A stretch of 64,000 nucleotides of DNA from IMG/VR virus record IMGVR_UViG_3300027985_000978, positions 17,680-81,679 of that record; one strand, 5' to 3'. The notes below the pieces were generated by a model, which was given only the letters and a program-made list of their open reading frames with translations, did not search any database and was not told where the DNA came from. Origin of the DNA: a virus. Shown here piece by piece: positions 46,845 through 56,194 of this stretch. Every line of letters starts with the position of its first letter. Position 1 is the first letter of the stretch. Made by a program: the position numbers and the translations under genes.

Positions 46845-47488
46845 CTTTTCCGTGTACCGGCATAAACTGGATAGTTATCGTCGGTTAGGAATTGGCTTGC
46901 GGTAGGTAATGGGATAAATGTTCGGGCAACATTTTCTTGTTCGCCCATCATGGAAAATAGGCTTTCCAGATAGGCTTCGTGCATCGGGTTTTGACACATA
47001 GCGCCATAGATTGCGATCAGCAATGCACGGCATGGATCTTTGAGTTGTGACCAGTCAATTTCATAAACGGTTTTCCCGTTATCAGTCACCTTCACGTTCA
47101 ACATAGAATCGTTGATCGCGTATTCGTTCTCTCGGCCTTCTGGAAACAGGATACCCCCGACACTGGTTAGTGCGCGGTAGCGTTCCAGCCCTAACGCCAG
47201 TACGGGCCGGTTATCCATTGTTTTGTCATCCAGCCGCACGCCATAACCTAACCCAGCCAGTAGCGACGTTGGATCTTCAACAAACAGGGTTAGATTGCGT
47301 TCTTTGGCACGCTTCACCAGCGTTTCCAGCGTGTTTCGGAGTTTTTTGATAGAACGGGGTAGGGCGTCACATGAAATGACGTGTAAAGCGTTATCCGTGA
47401 GTGTAGCGGTTAGCATCACGGGGGCGTTCTTGGTTGCAATCGTCACGGCAACCACGTTGATCGACGTATTCTGCATGACTAAAACCAT
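46835..47488 (-). CDS. mat: Mat, maturation control homolog (start 47488 or 47476)
   Basis: G..VY.IDW....P...L....Y resembles recalled P1 Mat; adjacent to ref as in P1. Confidence 0.7.
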   Translation of the reverse strand: MVLVMQNTSINVVAVTIATKNAPVMLTATLTDNALHVISCDALPRSIKKLRNTLETLVKRAKERNLTLFVEDPTSLLAGLGYGVRLDDKTMDNRPVLALGLERYRALTSVGGILFPEGRENEYAINDSMLNVKVTDNGKTVYEIDWSQLKDPCRALLIAIYGAMCQNPMHEAYLESLFSMMGEQENVARTFIPLPTASQFLTDDNYPVYAGTRKRWL

Positions 47489-47494
47489 TCTGAT

Positions 47495-47720
47495 AAAAAA
47501 ACAGCGCCGCTAGGGGCGCTGGCGAAACAACGATAAGGAATACAAGCGAACATCCAGACCACTAAAGGAAATTCACCTTTAAGGGTGGGTCGGCGCTTAG
47601 GGGGCTCGTATCAACCTAAACGCCTTCCTTCCCTTAAAGGTGCTCACTCAGCGAGAATGAGAACCCTGTGCGATCTGACTCTTAACTAAACACCGGAAAT
47701 AACAATGATTCAAAGAGCAC
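47495..47720 (-). ncRNA. Candidate structured RNA (sRNA2 or attenuator leader of the mat operon)
   Basis: TTGAAC-17-CATTAT promoter (47755-47727), 69-nt stem-loop at 47574-47642, terminator CAGCGCC/GGCGCTG + U7 (47495-47521). Confidence 0.55.
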
Positions 47721-47735
47721 GTAGTCATAATGCAC

Positions 47736-48437
47736 TTATTGATTAGGAAGTTCAAACAAGTCGATTTTCGGGTATCTTTCGTGCCAGTTTTCCCGCGTCT
47801 TCTGATCCTGTTTTGCCAGTTCAGCGGCGATTAATTCAACCAGCCCCAGCCGTTGCCAGATAACCACCAGCATGTCTTCAGCTGTGCCGAATTGTTTTGT
47901 CCACGCGGCCTTTCCGCCGTGGCTACCCTTGGCATGAGTCGGGATCAAGTCGGGGTATTTTGTCAGGGCTTCTTTGTCGGCTGGCGTGTCGTGATGCCAG
48001 CAACAAACAGGCAAGACTTCAACGTGTGCCAGTGGCGCTGTTCTGCCATTGACGTGGTGCAGACTGATAACCGGCATATCTCGGCCCACGCGGTTACAGC
48101 ATTCACATGACAACTTCCCGATCTGATTCATAACGCGCTTCTCAAAGGCGGTAGGCGTGCGGCCTAACATCCCTTTGCTGGTGGCTGGTTTGGTCTTCTT
48201 GGGTGCTGCCGGTTTGCTGCTGGTGGCTTTGGCTGGTTTTGGTTGCGCCTGTGCTTCTTTGCGCTTGGCGATCTGGTTTTCTCGGTAACGCTGGGCGGCG
48301 GCTAACTGCTTCTCTCGTTGCGCTTGCTGCCATGCTGGATCGGCTCGTTTTGCGCGGTCTTTTTCGATCTGGCGTGCGCGTTGTTTGTTCGCTCGTTCAC
48401 GCTGCTGTTCAAATGTGGTTGTACCTAATTGTCCCAT
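47736..48437 (-). CDS. ref: Ref, RecA-dependent HNH nuclease
   Basis: Basic N-terminus, ADP.W, GRTPTA.E, C..C, SLHH..GRTAP.AH...LP.C.WHH, KYP.L.P.HA.G..GGK. Confidence 0.93.
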   Translation of the reverse strand: MGQLGTTTFEQQRERANKQRARQIEKDRAKRADPAWQQAQREKQLAAAQRYRENQIAKRKEAQAQPKPAKATSSKPAAPKKTKPATSKGMLGRTPTAFEKRVMNQIGKLSCECCNRVGRDMPVISLHHVNGRTAPLAHVEVLPVCCWHHDTPADKEALTKYPDLIPTHAKGSHGGKAAWTKQFGTAEDMLVVIWQRLGLVELIAAELAKQDQKTRENWHERYPKIDLFELPNQ

Positions 48438-48492
48438 GACGTATGATTCCTTTGCTTCTTGATGTCGGTGTAACGAACCGCGTCAATTTCAG

Positions 48493-48514
48493 AAACCCGC
48501 TTCGGCGGGTTTTT
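48493..48514. terminator. Intrinsic terminator upstream of ref
   Basis: AAACCCGC-TTCG-GCGGGTTT. Confidence 0.75.
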
Positions 48515-48553
48515 GTCTATCTGGCCCCCTCACAAATGAGGGAACCACCGGCC

Positions 48554-49105
48554 TTATTCTGTTACCGGTACAGCTTCAGCGGCCTGCTCTGGCGCAGCTT
48601 CAGCGGGTAACGACTCCGCCTGTTCTGCTTCGGCTGCTGGTACTGCTTCTTCTGGTGCTGGTGGGAATACTTCATTACGCAATGCCATGATCTGGTTATG
48701 CGTGAATGCTTGGAAATCCGCGTCTGCTTCATCACGCATACGGCCTAACAGCATATTGATCTTGTTGTTACGGCTGGCCGCCACCGCCCACGCACCCATC
48801 AGCTGATCTGCCAGCGTCGAGCCATCATCAAAGCCCACGGTAGCGATAGCATTTGCAATCACACCAATGGCCTGTTGGATATCACCCTGATTAAATGTCG
48901 CCACCAGCAACTCATTCAGCGCGACTTTGACGCCTTCCATTGCTGGGTTTTCAACTTTTTCGGCTACGGCTGCATTTACGCAATGCTGCACAAAGTTTTG
49001 CGCCATGACTTGGCGAAACATAGCAACCGGATCAACTTCCGGTGCTGGCTGTTTTGCGGCTTGTTCTACTGCTTGAGCAATGGGTGTCTTTTTCACTTCT
49101 TCCAC
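48554..49105 (-). CDS. Hypothetical helical protein with A/E/P-rich tail
   Basis: GTG start, RBS AAGGA; 183 aa. Confidence 0.65.
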   Translation of the reverse strand: MEEVKKTPIAQAVEQAAKQPAPEVDPVAMFRQVMAQNFVQHCVNAAVAEKVENPAMEGVKVALNELLVATFNQGDIQQAIGVIANAIATVGFDDGSTLADQLMGAWAVAASRNNKINMLLGRMRDEADADFQAFTHNQIMALRNEVFPPAPEEAVPAAEAEQAESLPAEAAPEQAAEAVPVTE

Positions 49106-49129
49106 GGTTCAATCCTTAAAGGGCTTGGG

Positions 49130-49564
49130 TTAAATCAGTTTGTAAAGTTCGGCTTCCCGTTTAGTGGCTAGTTCTGCCAGTGGGGAACCCTTCATGAGAT
49201 CGCCTTGCACTATCATCAGTGTTCGGCGGGTATCGTTGCCGTTACTCAATGCGTCAGTGAATAACGGGTGATATTGGGTATTGACCATGACCATTGCTTT
49301 TTTCACACCAGACACGTTGCTTTTGGCGATCAGCGCATGGTTGTAACGATGGTCATAGGACATAGAATTCATATGACAGATCACGTCATGGATGGCTTCA
49401 GCGGCTTTCTTGTTCTGGACTACCACCAGCAATGAGAGATCGTCATCAATGCGCGTGAGCAGGCTTCTAACCAGATGGTGCGCCATTGATAAGAGAAAGT
49501 TCTTCGGCTGGCCGTTATCCGGTTCGGCTTCACTTCCCAGCGATTCAAGGCTTAACTCATACAT
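49130..49564 (-). CDS. Hypothetical protein
   Basis: 144 aa, RBS GAGGA, operonic. Confidence 0.6.
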   Translation of the reverse strand: MYELSLESLGSEAEPDNGQPKNFLLSMAHHLVRSLLTRIDDDLSLLVVVQNKKAAEAIHDVICHMNSMSYDHRYNHALIAKSNVSGVKKAMVMVNTQYHPLFTDALSNGNDTRRTLMIVQGDLMKGSPLAELATKREAELYKLI

Positions 49565-49569
49565 GCGGT

Positions 49570-50247
49570 TTATTCCTCTTCTTCAATCAGGGCGCTGGCA
49601 TATATGCGCGGCGCGGCGGCCATGACGATCTCAAACTGTCCATCGAGATTAATCAGGGCGGCAATATCGGACTTATTAACCGTGGCTGTCAGGTAACGCT
49701 TGCCTTGGTAATGACGACTGAACTCTTCCGCCACCAGCGGCGATAATGTCCAGCTAAGGCCGGAGCGCGGCCATTTGCGGCCCACACCACGATAGATAAC
49801 AACTTCATCAGGCAGGCTATTAAGGCGTGAACGTTCGCTAACGGACATGAGTAGTTCCCGCTCGTCCACATCAGACAGGATCGCAGTCAGCGCCGATTCA
49901 AAAGGCCAAATCTCTATCAGCGAATCCCACATAGCCCTAACCAGCTTCCAGTAACCATGCACGCCCAGCCGGTCTGACTTTTCGCGTAGCTGGTTCACTG
50001 CTGGTAAGCGCCAATGCGGTTCGTACATTTGCAAAGCATCCATATACCGGCCATAAGCAAGCATTCGCTCAATGCGTTTAGCGCGGTAATTGATGATGTT
50101 TTTTAGATGGGCCTTACAAACAAGGTGCGTGATCCCAGCAATTGGAAATCCACCGGCTGGGATCGTGTTTGTTTCGATCTGGTGTAACCAATGAGCGACG
50201 ATTTCACGCCACTCTGAAGGATTAGTCGCAATGATTGGGCGATTCAT
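49570..50247 (-). CDS. Putative ADP-ribosyltransferase-fold protein
   Basis: VIYRG...GLSWTL...A..F...Q.EIV (R-S-E pattern). Confidence 0.5.
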   Translation of the reverse strand: MNRPIIATNPSEWREIVAHWLHQIETNTIPAGGFPIAGITHLVCKAHLKNIINYRAKRIERMLAYGRYMDALQMYEPHWRLPAVNQLREKSDRLGVHGYWKLVRAMWDSLIEIWPFESALTAILSDVDERELLMSVSERSRLNSLPDEVVIYRGVGRKWPRSGLSWTLSPLVAEEFSRHYQGKRYLTATVNKSDIAALINLDGQFEIVMAAAPRIYASALIEEEE

Positions 50248-50354
50248 GCAAAAATACCTGATTAGGAAGTGGTTAGAGAATAACAACCGATCAATGATTT
50301 TGGAATACTGATTAGGAAGTTAGCGTAGATTAATTTCCCCGAATCCGCCCCGCG

Positions 50355-50720
50355 TCACTTTCTGCCACTCATTCCGCGCCAGTTCCGTGACGGTTCTTTA
50401 GCGCGGGTGAGGGCGTTCTCCATCATATCCACCAGCGCCGCATCTTGTTTAAGTTGTTCAAAAGCCTTTCTAAATCGCTCGTCATCGGCGGTTTCAACCC
50501 ATCGGCACGCATTGGCCCATACCGTCATCGGGTAAGTGATGGTCACGGCTTTGACATTGCAGCCGGTACGCCACCATGTCGCCTGTACTGCTACTTTCAA
50601 ATCAGAATTATTCACAGCCCGTAAGGTGACTCGTTCGCCGTCGATAAAGCCTGTTTTCTTCATGATTTCCACCGGTAGATTAGGAAGTGTGGACAACCAA
50701 AAGCAAACAGAGTTATCCAC
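50355..50720 (-). CDS. Hypothetical protein
   Basis: 121 aa ORF; start uncertain. Confidence 0.5.
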   Translation of the reverse strand: MDNSVCFWLSTLPNLPVEIMKKTGFIDGERVTLRAVNNSDLKVAVQATWWRTGCNVKAVTITYPMTVWANACRWVETADDERFRKAFEQLKQDAALVDMMENALTRAKEPSRNWRGMSGRK

Positions 50721-50782
50721 ATAAATTGTTCATATCCTGTGACTAAGATTTAATCACTTTTCTGGCTGGTTGCATGATGCCA

Positions 50783-51388
50783 TTACCAATCGGCGCTTGC
50801 CATCAGGCGCAGCGTGAGCATTTCTTCGCAGTCGTCCTGCTTCCAGCATCCCTGCCAATCGCAGATCTGCCGGTACTTCTCTGTCAGCGTGTCCATTTCG
50901 TCCACGTTATCGGGTGAAATGAAACTCCATATGTCATGCCACACGACATCATAGTGCGCCCGTGCTGGTGGCTCGAACCGGAACGCGGATTCGTGAACAA
51001 TCGTCAATTTCGGGTGATGCTGGTACGTTGGTGCGACTAACTTGATCACGTCTTCCGATAACTCAACCACAGTAACAGCCTTCACTTCTGGCTTATCCAG
51101 AATCGCCGTCAGCACCATACCGATCCCCAGCCCATTGATTAGCACGTTTCCCTTGGCCCGATTGATGAAATCACGGTTAGAATTGATTTCCATTTGTGAG
51201 TTAGACATTACGATTTCACGCCCGTTCTTGAGCATCTTATAGTTACCGGCTTCGATCATTTCGTCGCGCCGACCGCTAACAATGGCGCGGATCATGGTTA
51301 GCTTTGATTGTTCTGGCGTGATAGTGAAATCTGTCACCGTCCAATCGCCGGATTTACCAGCCGGTACAACTACGTCAATTTTGTTCAT
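50783..51388 (-). CDS. SAM-dependent methyltransferase, spermidine-synthase-like fold
   Basis: VLINGLGIGM, VTVVELS.DVI.LV, YDVVWHDIW. Confidence 0.78.
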   Translation of the reverse strand: MNKIDVVVPAGKSGDWTVTDFTITPEQSKLTMIRAIVSGRRDEMIEAGNYKMLKNGREIVMSNSQMEINSNRDFINRAKGNVLINGLGIGMVLTAILDKPEVKAVTVVELSEDVIKLVAPTYQHHPKLTIVHESAFRFEPPARAHYDVVWHDIWSFISPDNVDEMDTLTEKYRQICDWQGCWKQDDCEEMLTLRLMASADW

Positions 51389-51393
51389 ATCAA

Positions 51394-51669
51394 TTACTCT
51401 GCTTCTTGATTGGTTTGTTTTGCGCTGGTGGCGCAATGCTTCCGCCATACGTCGAACGCTGGCACTTTCATATCTTGGGCCGCCTTCATGCACAACAGCA
51501 TGTTAATTGCGGTTTTCGCGCTGGAACTCATGCGTCGTTCCCCACGCGCCCATTTGCCATAGGTGGCATAGTCTACGCCGTCCAGTAATGCCACGATCCC
51601 CGTGGCATTCATTCCTAATGTTTGGGCGGCATGAGCTAAAAACTCAACCTGCTTTTGCTTCTGACTCAT
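51394..51669 (-). CDS. XRE-type helix-turn-helix protein
   Basis: LGM.......LL.GVDYATYGKWARGER. Confidence 0.7.
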   Translation of the reverse strand: MSQKQKQVEFLAHAAQTLGMNATGIVALLDGVDYATYGKWARGERRMSSSAKTAINMLLCMKAAQDMKVPAFDVWRKHCATSAKQTNQEAE

Positions 51670-51678
51670 TACAGCCCC

Positions 51679-52098
51679 TTAGAATTTACCGGTTAAAATG
51701 ATGTTCGCTTTCTTAGCGCTTGGCTCGTTGGTGTCGTAGGCTTGAAGGTCTTTCAATCCAAACTCACGCGCAAAAGATTCTAAATCGGTGTCGCCTTCAT
51801 TGAATAACGCCACCAGCGACTTGAGCATTGGTTGAAGCCAGTCATCAGCAAAACGATCCGCAGTCATCAGGTCATGCGCCGCACGAATTGGATCAGTGAT
51901 TGGTGATTTAAAGCTATAAGAACTGTCAAAGTCGGCGCTGCCAACGGCGGGGATTTTCTTTGCTTTGGTGACAACCAGATCACCCACAAGAAACTCAAAG
52001 TTATACGCCGCAATCAGCATGAACGGACGCGCACCGATCACGTTGATTGTGAATGTACCGTCATTTGCCATTGAGTAACGCTGTAATTGATTTTGCAT
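51679..52098 (-). CDS. Hypothetical protein
   Basis: ATG 52098 with RBS AAGGAG. Confidence 0.65.
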   Translation of the reverse strand: MQNQLQRYSMANDGTFTINVIGARPFMLIAAYNFEFLVGDLVVTKAKKIPAVGSADFDSSYSFKSPITDPIRAAHDLMTADRFADDWLQPMLKSLVALFNEGDTDLESFAREFGLKDLQAYDTNEPSAKKANIILTGKF

Positions 52099-52148
52099 AA
52101 TATATTGCTCCTTGGTGTAAGTGAGGGCGGCGAACCGCCCAGCTTGTT

Positions 52149-53372
52149 TTATTTCGCTTGAGAACGCGCCCACTCAATCATCTCTGCTTCTGACATGGCA
52201 CGCTTAACCAATGCGCCACCAGCTGCAAAAACACCTTTAAAGCGGCATGGAAAGCGGGTAAATGGTTTGCCGTAAATGCTATGTGACCATTCCAGACTTG
52301 TTTTTGCGGTATAGGCGCGGCCATCGTTATAGCGAACGCTGATTAACCCTTCCAGATAACCTGAACTTGAGTCGTGACTGCTTTTGATTTCATCCGGTAC
52401 ACCCATCAGATCCACCAGCGCACCCAGCTTGCCGATCATTTTGAATACATAACGGTTTACAACTAAATCCGCCTGTTTTTCTGCTTCCTGCTGGATCTTT
52501 TCATCTGTGTGGGCGTGACGGGTAAATTTTGTTTCGCCGCGTTTGCAGTCAAAGAACATCGACACAAAAAACATCATTTGGGAAATCTGACCACGGGATA
52601 ATTGTTCAAATTCTTCAGTGCTGATAGCTGTGTAGTCAGCCAGTGTGCGATTAAACAGGCCGGTGTAACTCTCAATCAGTTTTGCTTTGTGTTCTTGAGC
52701 CATTTCAGAAAGCATTACTTCAACTTTCTTACCGGTAGCGCTCGATACAAACACCTGTACCGGATCTTTGTGTTCAGCTGGCGCACATTCGCCACGCTGC
52801 CCGATCTTATTTTTGTATGACATGACGCGGTTCAACAGGGCTTTGTTATCAGCCAGAATTTGCAGACCTTTTTCAGCGGTAGTTTTTGCCAGTGCTGAAA
52901 TGTCCTTTTTTTCCAGAATCGCATTCAGTTTCTTTTCGGTGGCGGCGAACGTGTGGGATTCAGGTTGATAAATCCAGTAAATTTCGTCCAGCCATTTATC
53001 ACTGTTATCTTTTCTGCACGCCTCTTTGATTTCGCCCCATGCGAATGACATACAATCGTTGAATCTAACGCGCAGATCTTTAAATGCTGTCTGAGTGATT
53101 TTTTCGGATTTACTGATTTCAGCCAGCGCTGACGCTAACTTGTTGCGTGTGTATTGCTCTTGTGTTGCCACGTCCTGTAAAGCTGCCTCGATCATCTCAA
53201 CTGCTGAAGGCTCAAAGAAGCTAAACACGGTATGCAGGCGTTCACCAATCCACGCCTTTTTATCTTCCGCTTTTAAGTACATACCTTTCGGGAAAGAAAC
53301 ACTGTGACGACGAGATACCCCAGCAACAACATAGTATGGGTGTTTTACAACTTTGAATTCTTGGTCTGACAT
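52149..53372 (-). CDS. Hypothetical protein (407 aa)
   Basis: ATG 53372 with RBS AAGGAG, downstream of an operator-bearing promoter. Confidence 0.7.
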   Translation of the reverse strand: MSDQEFKVVKHPYYVVAGVSRRHSVSFPKGMYLKAEDKKAWIGERLHTVFSFFEPSAVEMIEAALQDVATQEQYTRNKLASALAEISKSEKITQTAFKDLRVRFNDCMSFAWGEIKEACRKDNSDKWLDEIYWIYQPESHTFAATEKKLNAILEKKDISALAKTTAEKGLQILADNKALLNRVMSYKNKIGQRGECAPAEHKDPVQVFVSSATGKKVEVMLSEMAQEHKAKLIESYTGLFNRTLADYTAISTEEFEQLSRGQISQMMFFVSMFFDCKRGETKFTRHAHTDEKIQQEAEKQADLVVNRYVFKMIGKLGALVDLMGVPDEIKSSHDSSSGYLEGLISVRYNDGRAYTAKTSLEWSHSIYGKPFTRFPCRFKGVFAAGGALVKRAMSEAEMIEWARSQAK

Positions 53373-53409
53373 TTTCGCGCTCCTTGATGCCAACTGAACC
53401 GATTTCCAC

Positions 53410-53466
53410 TTTAAGATATACCCATTGGGTACATATAACAAGGATTTATTCATATCAGATATGAAT
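53410..53466 (-). promoter_or_regulatory. Promoter with two palindromic operators
   Basis: TACCCATTGGGTA (53419-53431) and ATTCATATCAGATATGAAT (53448-53466). Confidence 0.65.
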
Positions 53467-53498
53467 TATCAGCCACCAGCACGCGGGAACCAGACAAT

Positions 53499-53520
53499 AA
53501 AAAACCCGCTCTTGCGGGTC
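53499..53520 (-). terminator. Intrinsic terminator
   Basis: ACCCGC/GCGGGT stem with a T run on the minus strand. Confidence 0.75.
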
Positions 53521-53594
53521 TTAGTGGTAAAGCTGTAATGCTAATTCCTTTTGTTGATTGCGTTAAAAGGCCACCAGCTGGTGGCGATTAATCA

Positions 53595-54092
53595 TTAAAA
53601 TAGTTTCTGTGCCGCTTCATCATCGGCGTACTTGGCTTGGTGCTTCTTGGCTACCTTCCCAGCCTTGGTTAAACACTCCTGAAATGCTGCCACCCTAGCC
53701 AGATCGTCATCAGTTGGTAATCGAGAGATTATTAAACCCTCTGGAATCACGATCCTTGAGTTTGGCGTTTCAAGCACAATGCACATAACGTCCACCCATT
53801 CGCCGTTTACGCTTTTCTTAATGCCGCTAGGGTCACGACTGATTGAATTCACTGTGAAGCGCTTTGAAGCTGACGAAAGGCGATAGCGGCCACCAACAAC
53901 CGCGTCTGTCGCTGGGATTTCAAGAATGGATTCTAAATAGCTGTAGGCGGCCTGACCTCTTTTTGTAAACACCACTTTCGCGCCGTGACATTTGAAACAG
54001 GTGCGCCCGTACATTGAAGTGTATGAATACTCGCCCGTGCCATAACATCTAGGGCAGGTTTCGTGCTCTAAAATATCAATCACTCTAGCCAT
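53595..54092 (-). CDS. Hypothetical protein with DnaJ-like CxxCxGxG zinc finger
   Basis: CPRCYGTG...CFKCHG. Confidence 0.7.
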   Translation of the reverse strand: MARVIDILEHETCPRCYGTGEYSYTSMYGRTCFKCHGAKVVFTKRGQAAYSYLESILEIPATDAVVGGRYRLSSASKRFTVNSISRDPSGIKKSVNGEWVDVMCIVLETPNSRIVIPEGLIISRLPTDDDLARVAAFQECLTKAGKVAKKHQAKYADDEAAQKLF

Positions 54093-54157
54093 GATATGTA
54101 TTCCTTGCTCATTAGAAGGCCACCAGCACGGGCGGCCATGCGATTAATTAGATAACA

Positions 54158-54799
54158 TCAGATGGTGATTTCCTTTAGTTCTGGACAATTAACCCAATCA
54201 TCAAACTCATGCTTCAGTGAGTAATAATCTTCCCTGATCGAACTGATATAGTCGTATGTCCCGCAGCAATACGCCTTCGCCAGTAATGCTGTTCTGATTG
54301 ATTCACGCCACTGGTTCGGCGTTAAATCCCATTCCTGCATATCTCCGTGGTCTGGATTCATCGTTAAGCCTTCCGCCAGCTCTTTGACGCTATTCTCATT
54401 GACGCAAGCCTCAACGAACGGCGACATACCCTGTGCCGCTTCTTCCATCTTGCAAAGCACACCACGGAGATCCAGACCTTCCACCAGCGAATCGACATGT
54501 GCATCTTGCAGAGCGGTTTTAATCAGCAAGCCAGCAATCACGCGGCGTTTCTCTATGCGTTGCATCAATGACACTTCAACCAGACTTGCCGCGATCTCGC
54601 TTATCAGTTCTGACCCGTACCGTTCGCCGGTCATTTCAGCGATCCACGCTAACTTCTCTTCATAATCGCAGTGCTGGTGATAGTCAGTGACTTTTAACTC
54701 TTTGACTGTCTCCAATGGATTGAAAAAGAAGTCATTCGACTTTTCACCGAACGGGAAGTAAACGAGAACGCTGTGTAGGGTTTTATGTACTGTTGCCAT
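54158..54799 (-). CDS. Hypothetical acidic protein
   Basis: 213 aa, RBS AAGGA. Confidence 0.65.
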   Translation of the reverse strand: MATVHKTLHSVLVYFPFGEKSNDFFFNPLETVKELKVTDYHQHCDYEEKLAWIAEMTGERYGSELISEIAASLVEVSLMQRIEKRRVIAGLLIKTALQDAHVDSLVEGLDLRGVLCKMEEAAQGMSPFVEACVNENSVKELAEGLTMNPDHGDMQEWDLTPNQWRESIRTALLAKAYCCGTYDYISSIREDYYSLKHEFDDWVNCPELKEITI

Positions 54800-54860
54800 G
54801 ATGTGTATTCCTTATGCTTCTTGGATTGGTTAGAGCCACCAGCGGCGGCCCTCATGCCTG

Positions 54861-56126
54861 TTATTCGATGATATCTACTGAGCCAGCGATCTGATTCATA
54901 AACCATTCAGTCGCGGCTTCTTTACCGAATACTTCAAATACTTCGTCGTTAGTGTCACCACACATACCCCAATCCATGCCGGAATCCTCCTCTTTGACAA
55001 CCGGCAGGAATTCATATTCAAATTCGCCTATCTCCCGTCTTTCTAAGCAAGCGGCCATGTTGTATCCCTTGCCTTCATGCTGGAACTTAACAACGATAAA
55101 GCCATCCTCTGACCTTATTTCAGTATCAACATTTTCAGCTTCGTTAATGTCCTTCAATTCGCGGCTCCATTCTTCCGGCCACGGAGCACGATCCCACAAT
55201 TCACGGCAAAAGCTAATTGCTCTATCAGTCTCCGCCTGATTGTCCGATTCAATGATGCTGGTTATTGTTGAGTTATCGCTTACTACTTCTATAACCGCCT
55301 CTGGAAACGCTTCTGTTAGCTGGTTATGAGCCCATGAGCGATAGTTAGACGCTTCGATTTCGGTTACATCACCCATTGTGTCGATTGGTGCAAAGTAATT
55401 GATTTTTGTTACTTTTGATTCTGTCATTTCCGCTTCCTCTTCTTCTTCAACTACTGGTACGGCTTCTGGTTGTGCTGGTTCGTCGTCTGGATAGACATAG
55501 ACGGTTGCACAAGCGCTGCCCGTCCAAGGTTCGTAGTTGTCATTCATCATTTCGCATGGTGATTCCGCAGAGTCACAACCTACCTCTGCATCAATGAATT
55601 TCACCGTTGGATAAAGCTCTTTGACGCGCTTCAGATCTGCCAGCCATTGCTTTTTGGTTTTCGGGAAGTCCCAATCTTCAGCGGTTCCGAATAACAATTC
55701 GTCTTTATCGTCACGCGCCACTAAGAACGTGCCACGAAAGCGGATAGTTCTGTATTCAAACTCTTTACGAGCGTTGTCTTTAGCTTCCGATCTCAGGTCT
55801 TTTAAAACAGCCTGCATGTCGGCCCATGTTTCAGGAAGAGATTCTCCCTCTTCCTGCTCAGGGGTAGTTTCAGCCCATACCACATCAATTCTTGCATTGT
55901 TCCCAATGCTGGTAGCTTTCAGCGCTTGATATGGCGCAATTACATCAACTGCTTCAGCTTCAGTGAACATTTGCAGTGAACCGTCAGCACGGCGCGTACC
56001 GTTCACGCAGATACAGGAATAAGCCACGTCAACCACATAACCCTTTGCGCGTAGTTCGTTGGCGATTGCTTTTACCTGTTCACCCATTGAGCCTTGTCTT
56101 TCTAAGTAGATAACGTTGCTTGGCAT
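54861..56126 (-). CDS. Hypothetical highly acidic multidomain protein
   Basis: 421 aa, D/E-rich with linker-separated blocks, RBS TAAGGA. Confidence 0.7.
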   Translation of the reverse strand: MPSNVIYLERQGSMGEQVKAIANELRAKGYVVDVAYSCICVNGTRRADGSLQMFTEAEAVDVIAPYQALKATSIGNNARIDVVWAETTPEQEEGESLPETWADMQAVLKDLRSEAKDNARKEFEYRTIRFRGTFLVARDDKDELLFGTAEDWDFPKTKKQWLADLKRVKELYPTVKFIDAEVGCDSAESPCEMMNDNYEPWTGSACATVYVYPDDEPAQPEAVPVVEEEEEAEMTESKVTKINYFAPIDTMGDVTEIEASNYRSWAHNQLTEAFPEAVIEVVSDNSTITSIIESDNQAETDRAISFCRELWDRAPWPEEWSRELKDINEAENVDTEIRSEDGFIVVKFQHEGKGYNMAACLERREIGEFEYEFLPVVKEEDSGMDWGMCGDTNDEVFEVFGKEAATEWFMNQIAGSVDIIE

Positions 56127-56194
56127 GATATAGATTCCTTATCTGGTGGCTGGTGGCGCTGTAGTTGTCCGGTTCAAATGAACCATTGAGATAA

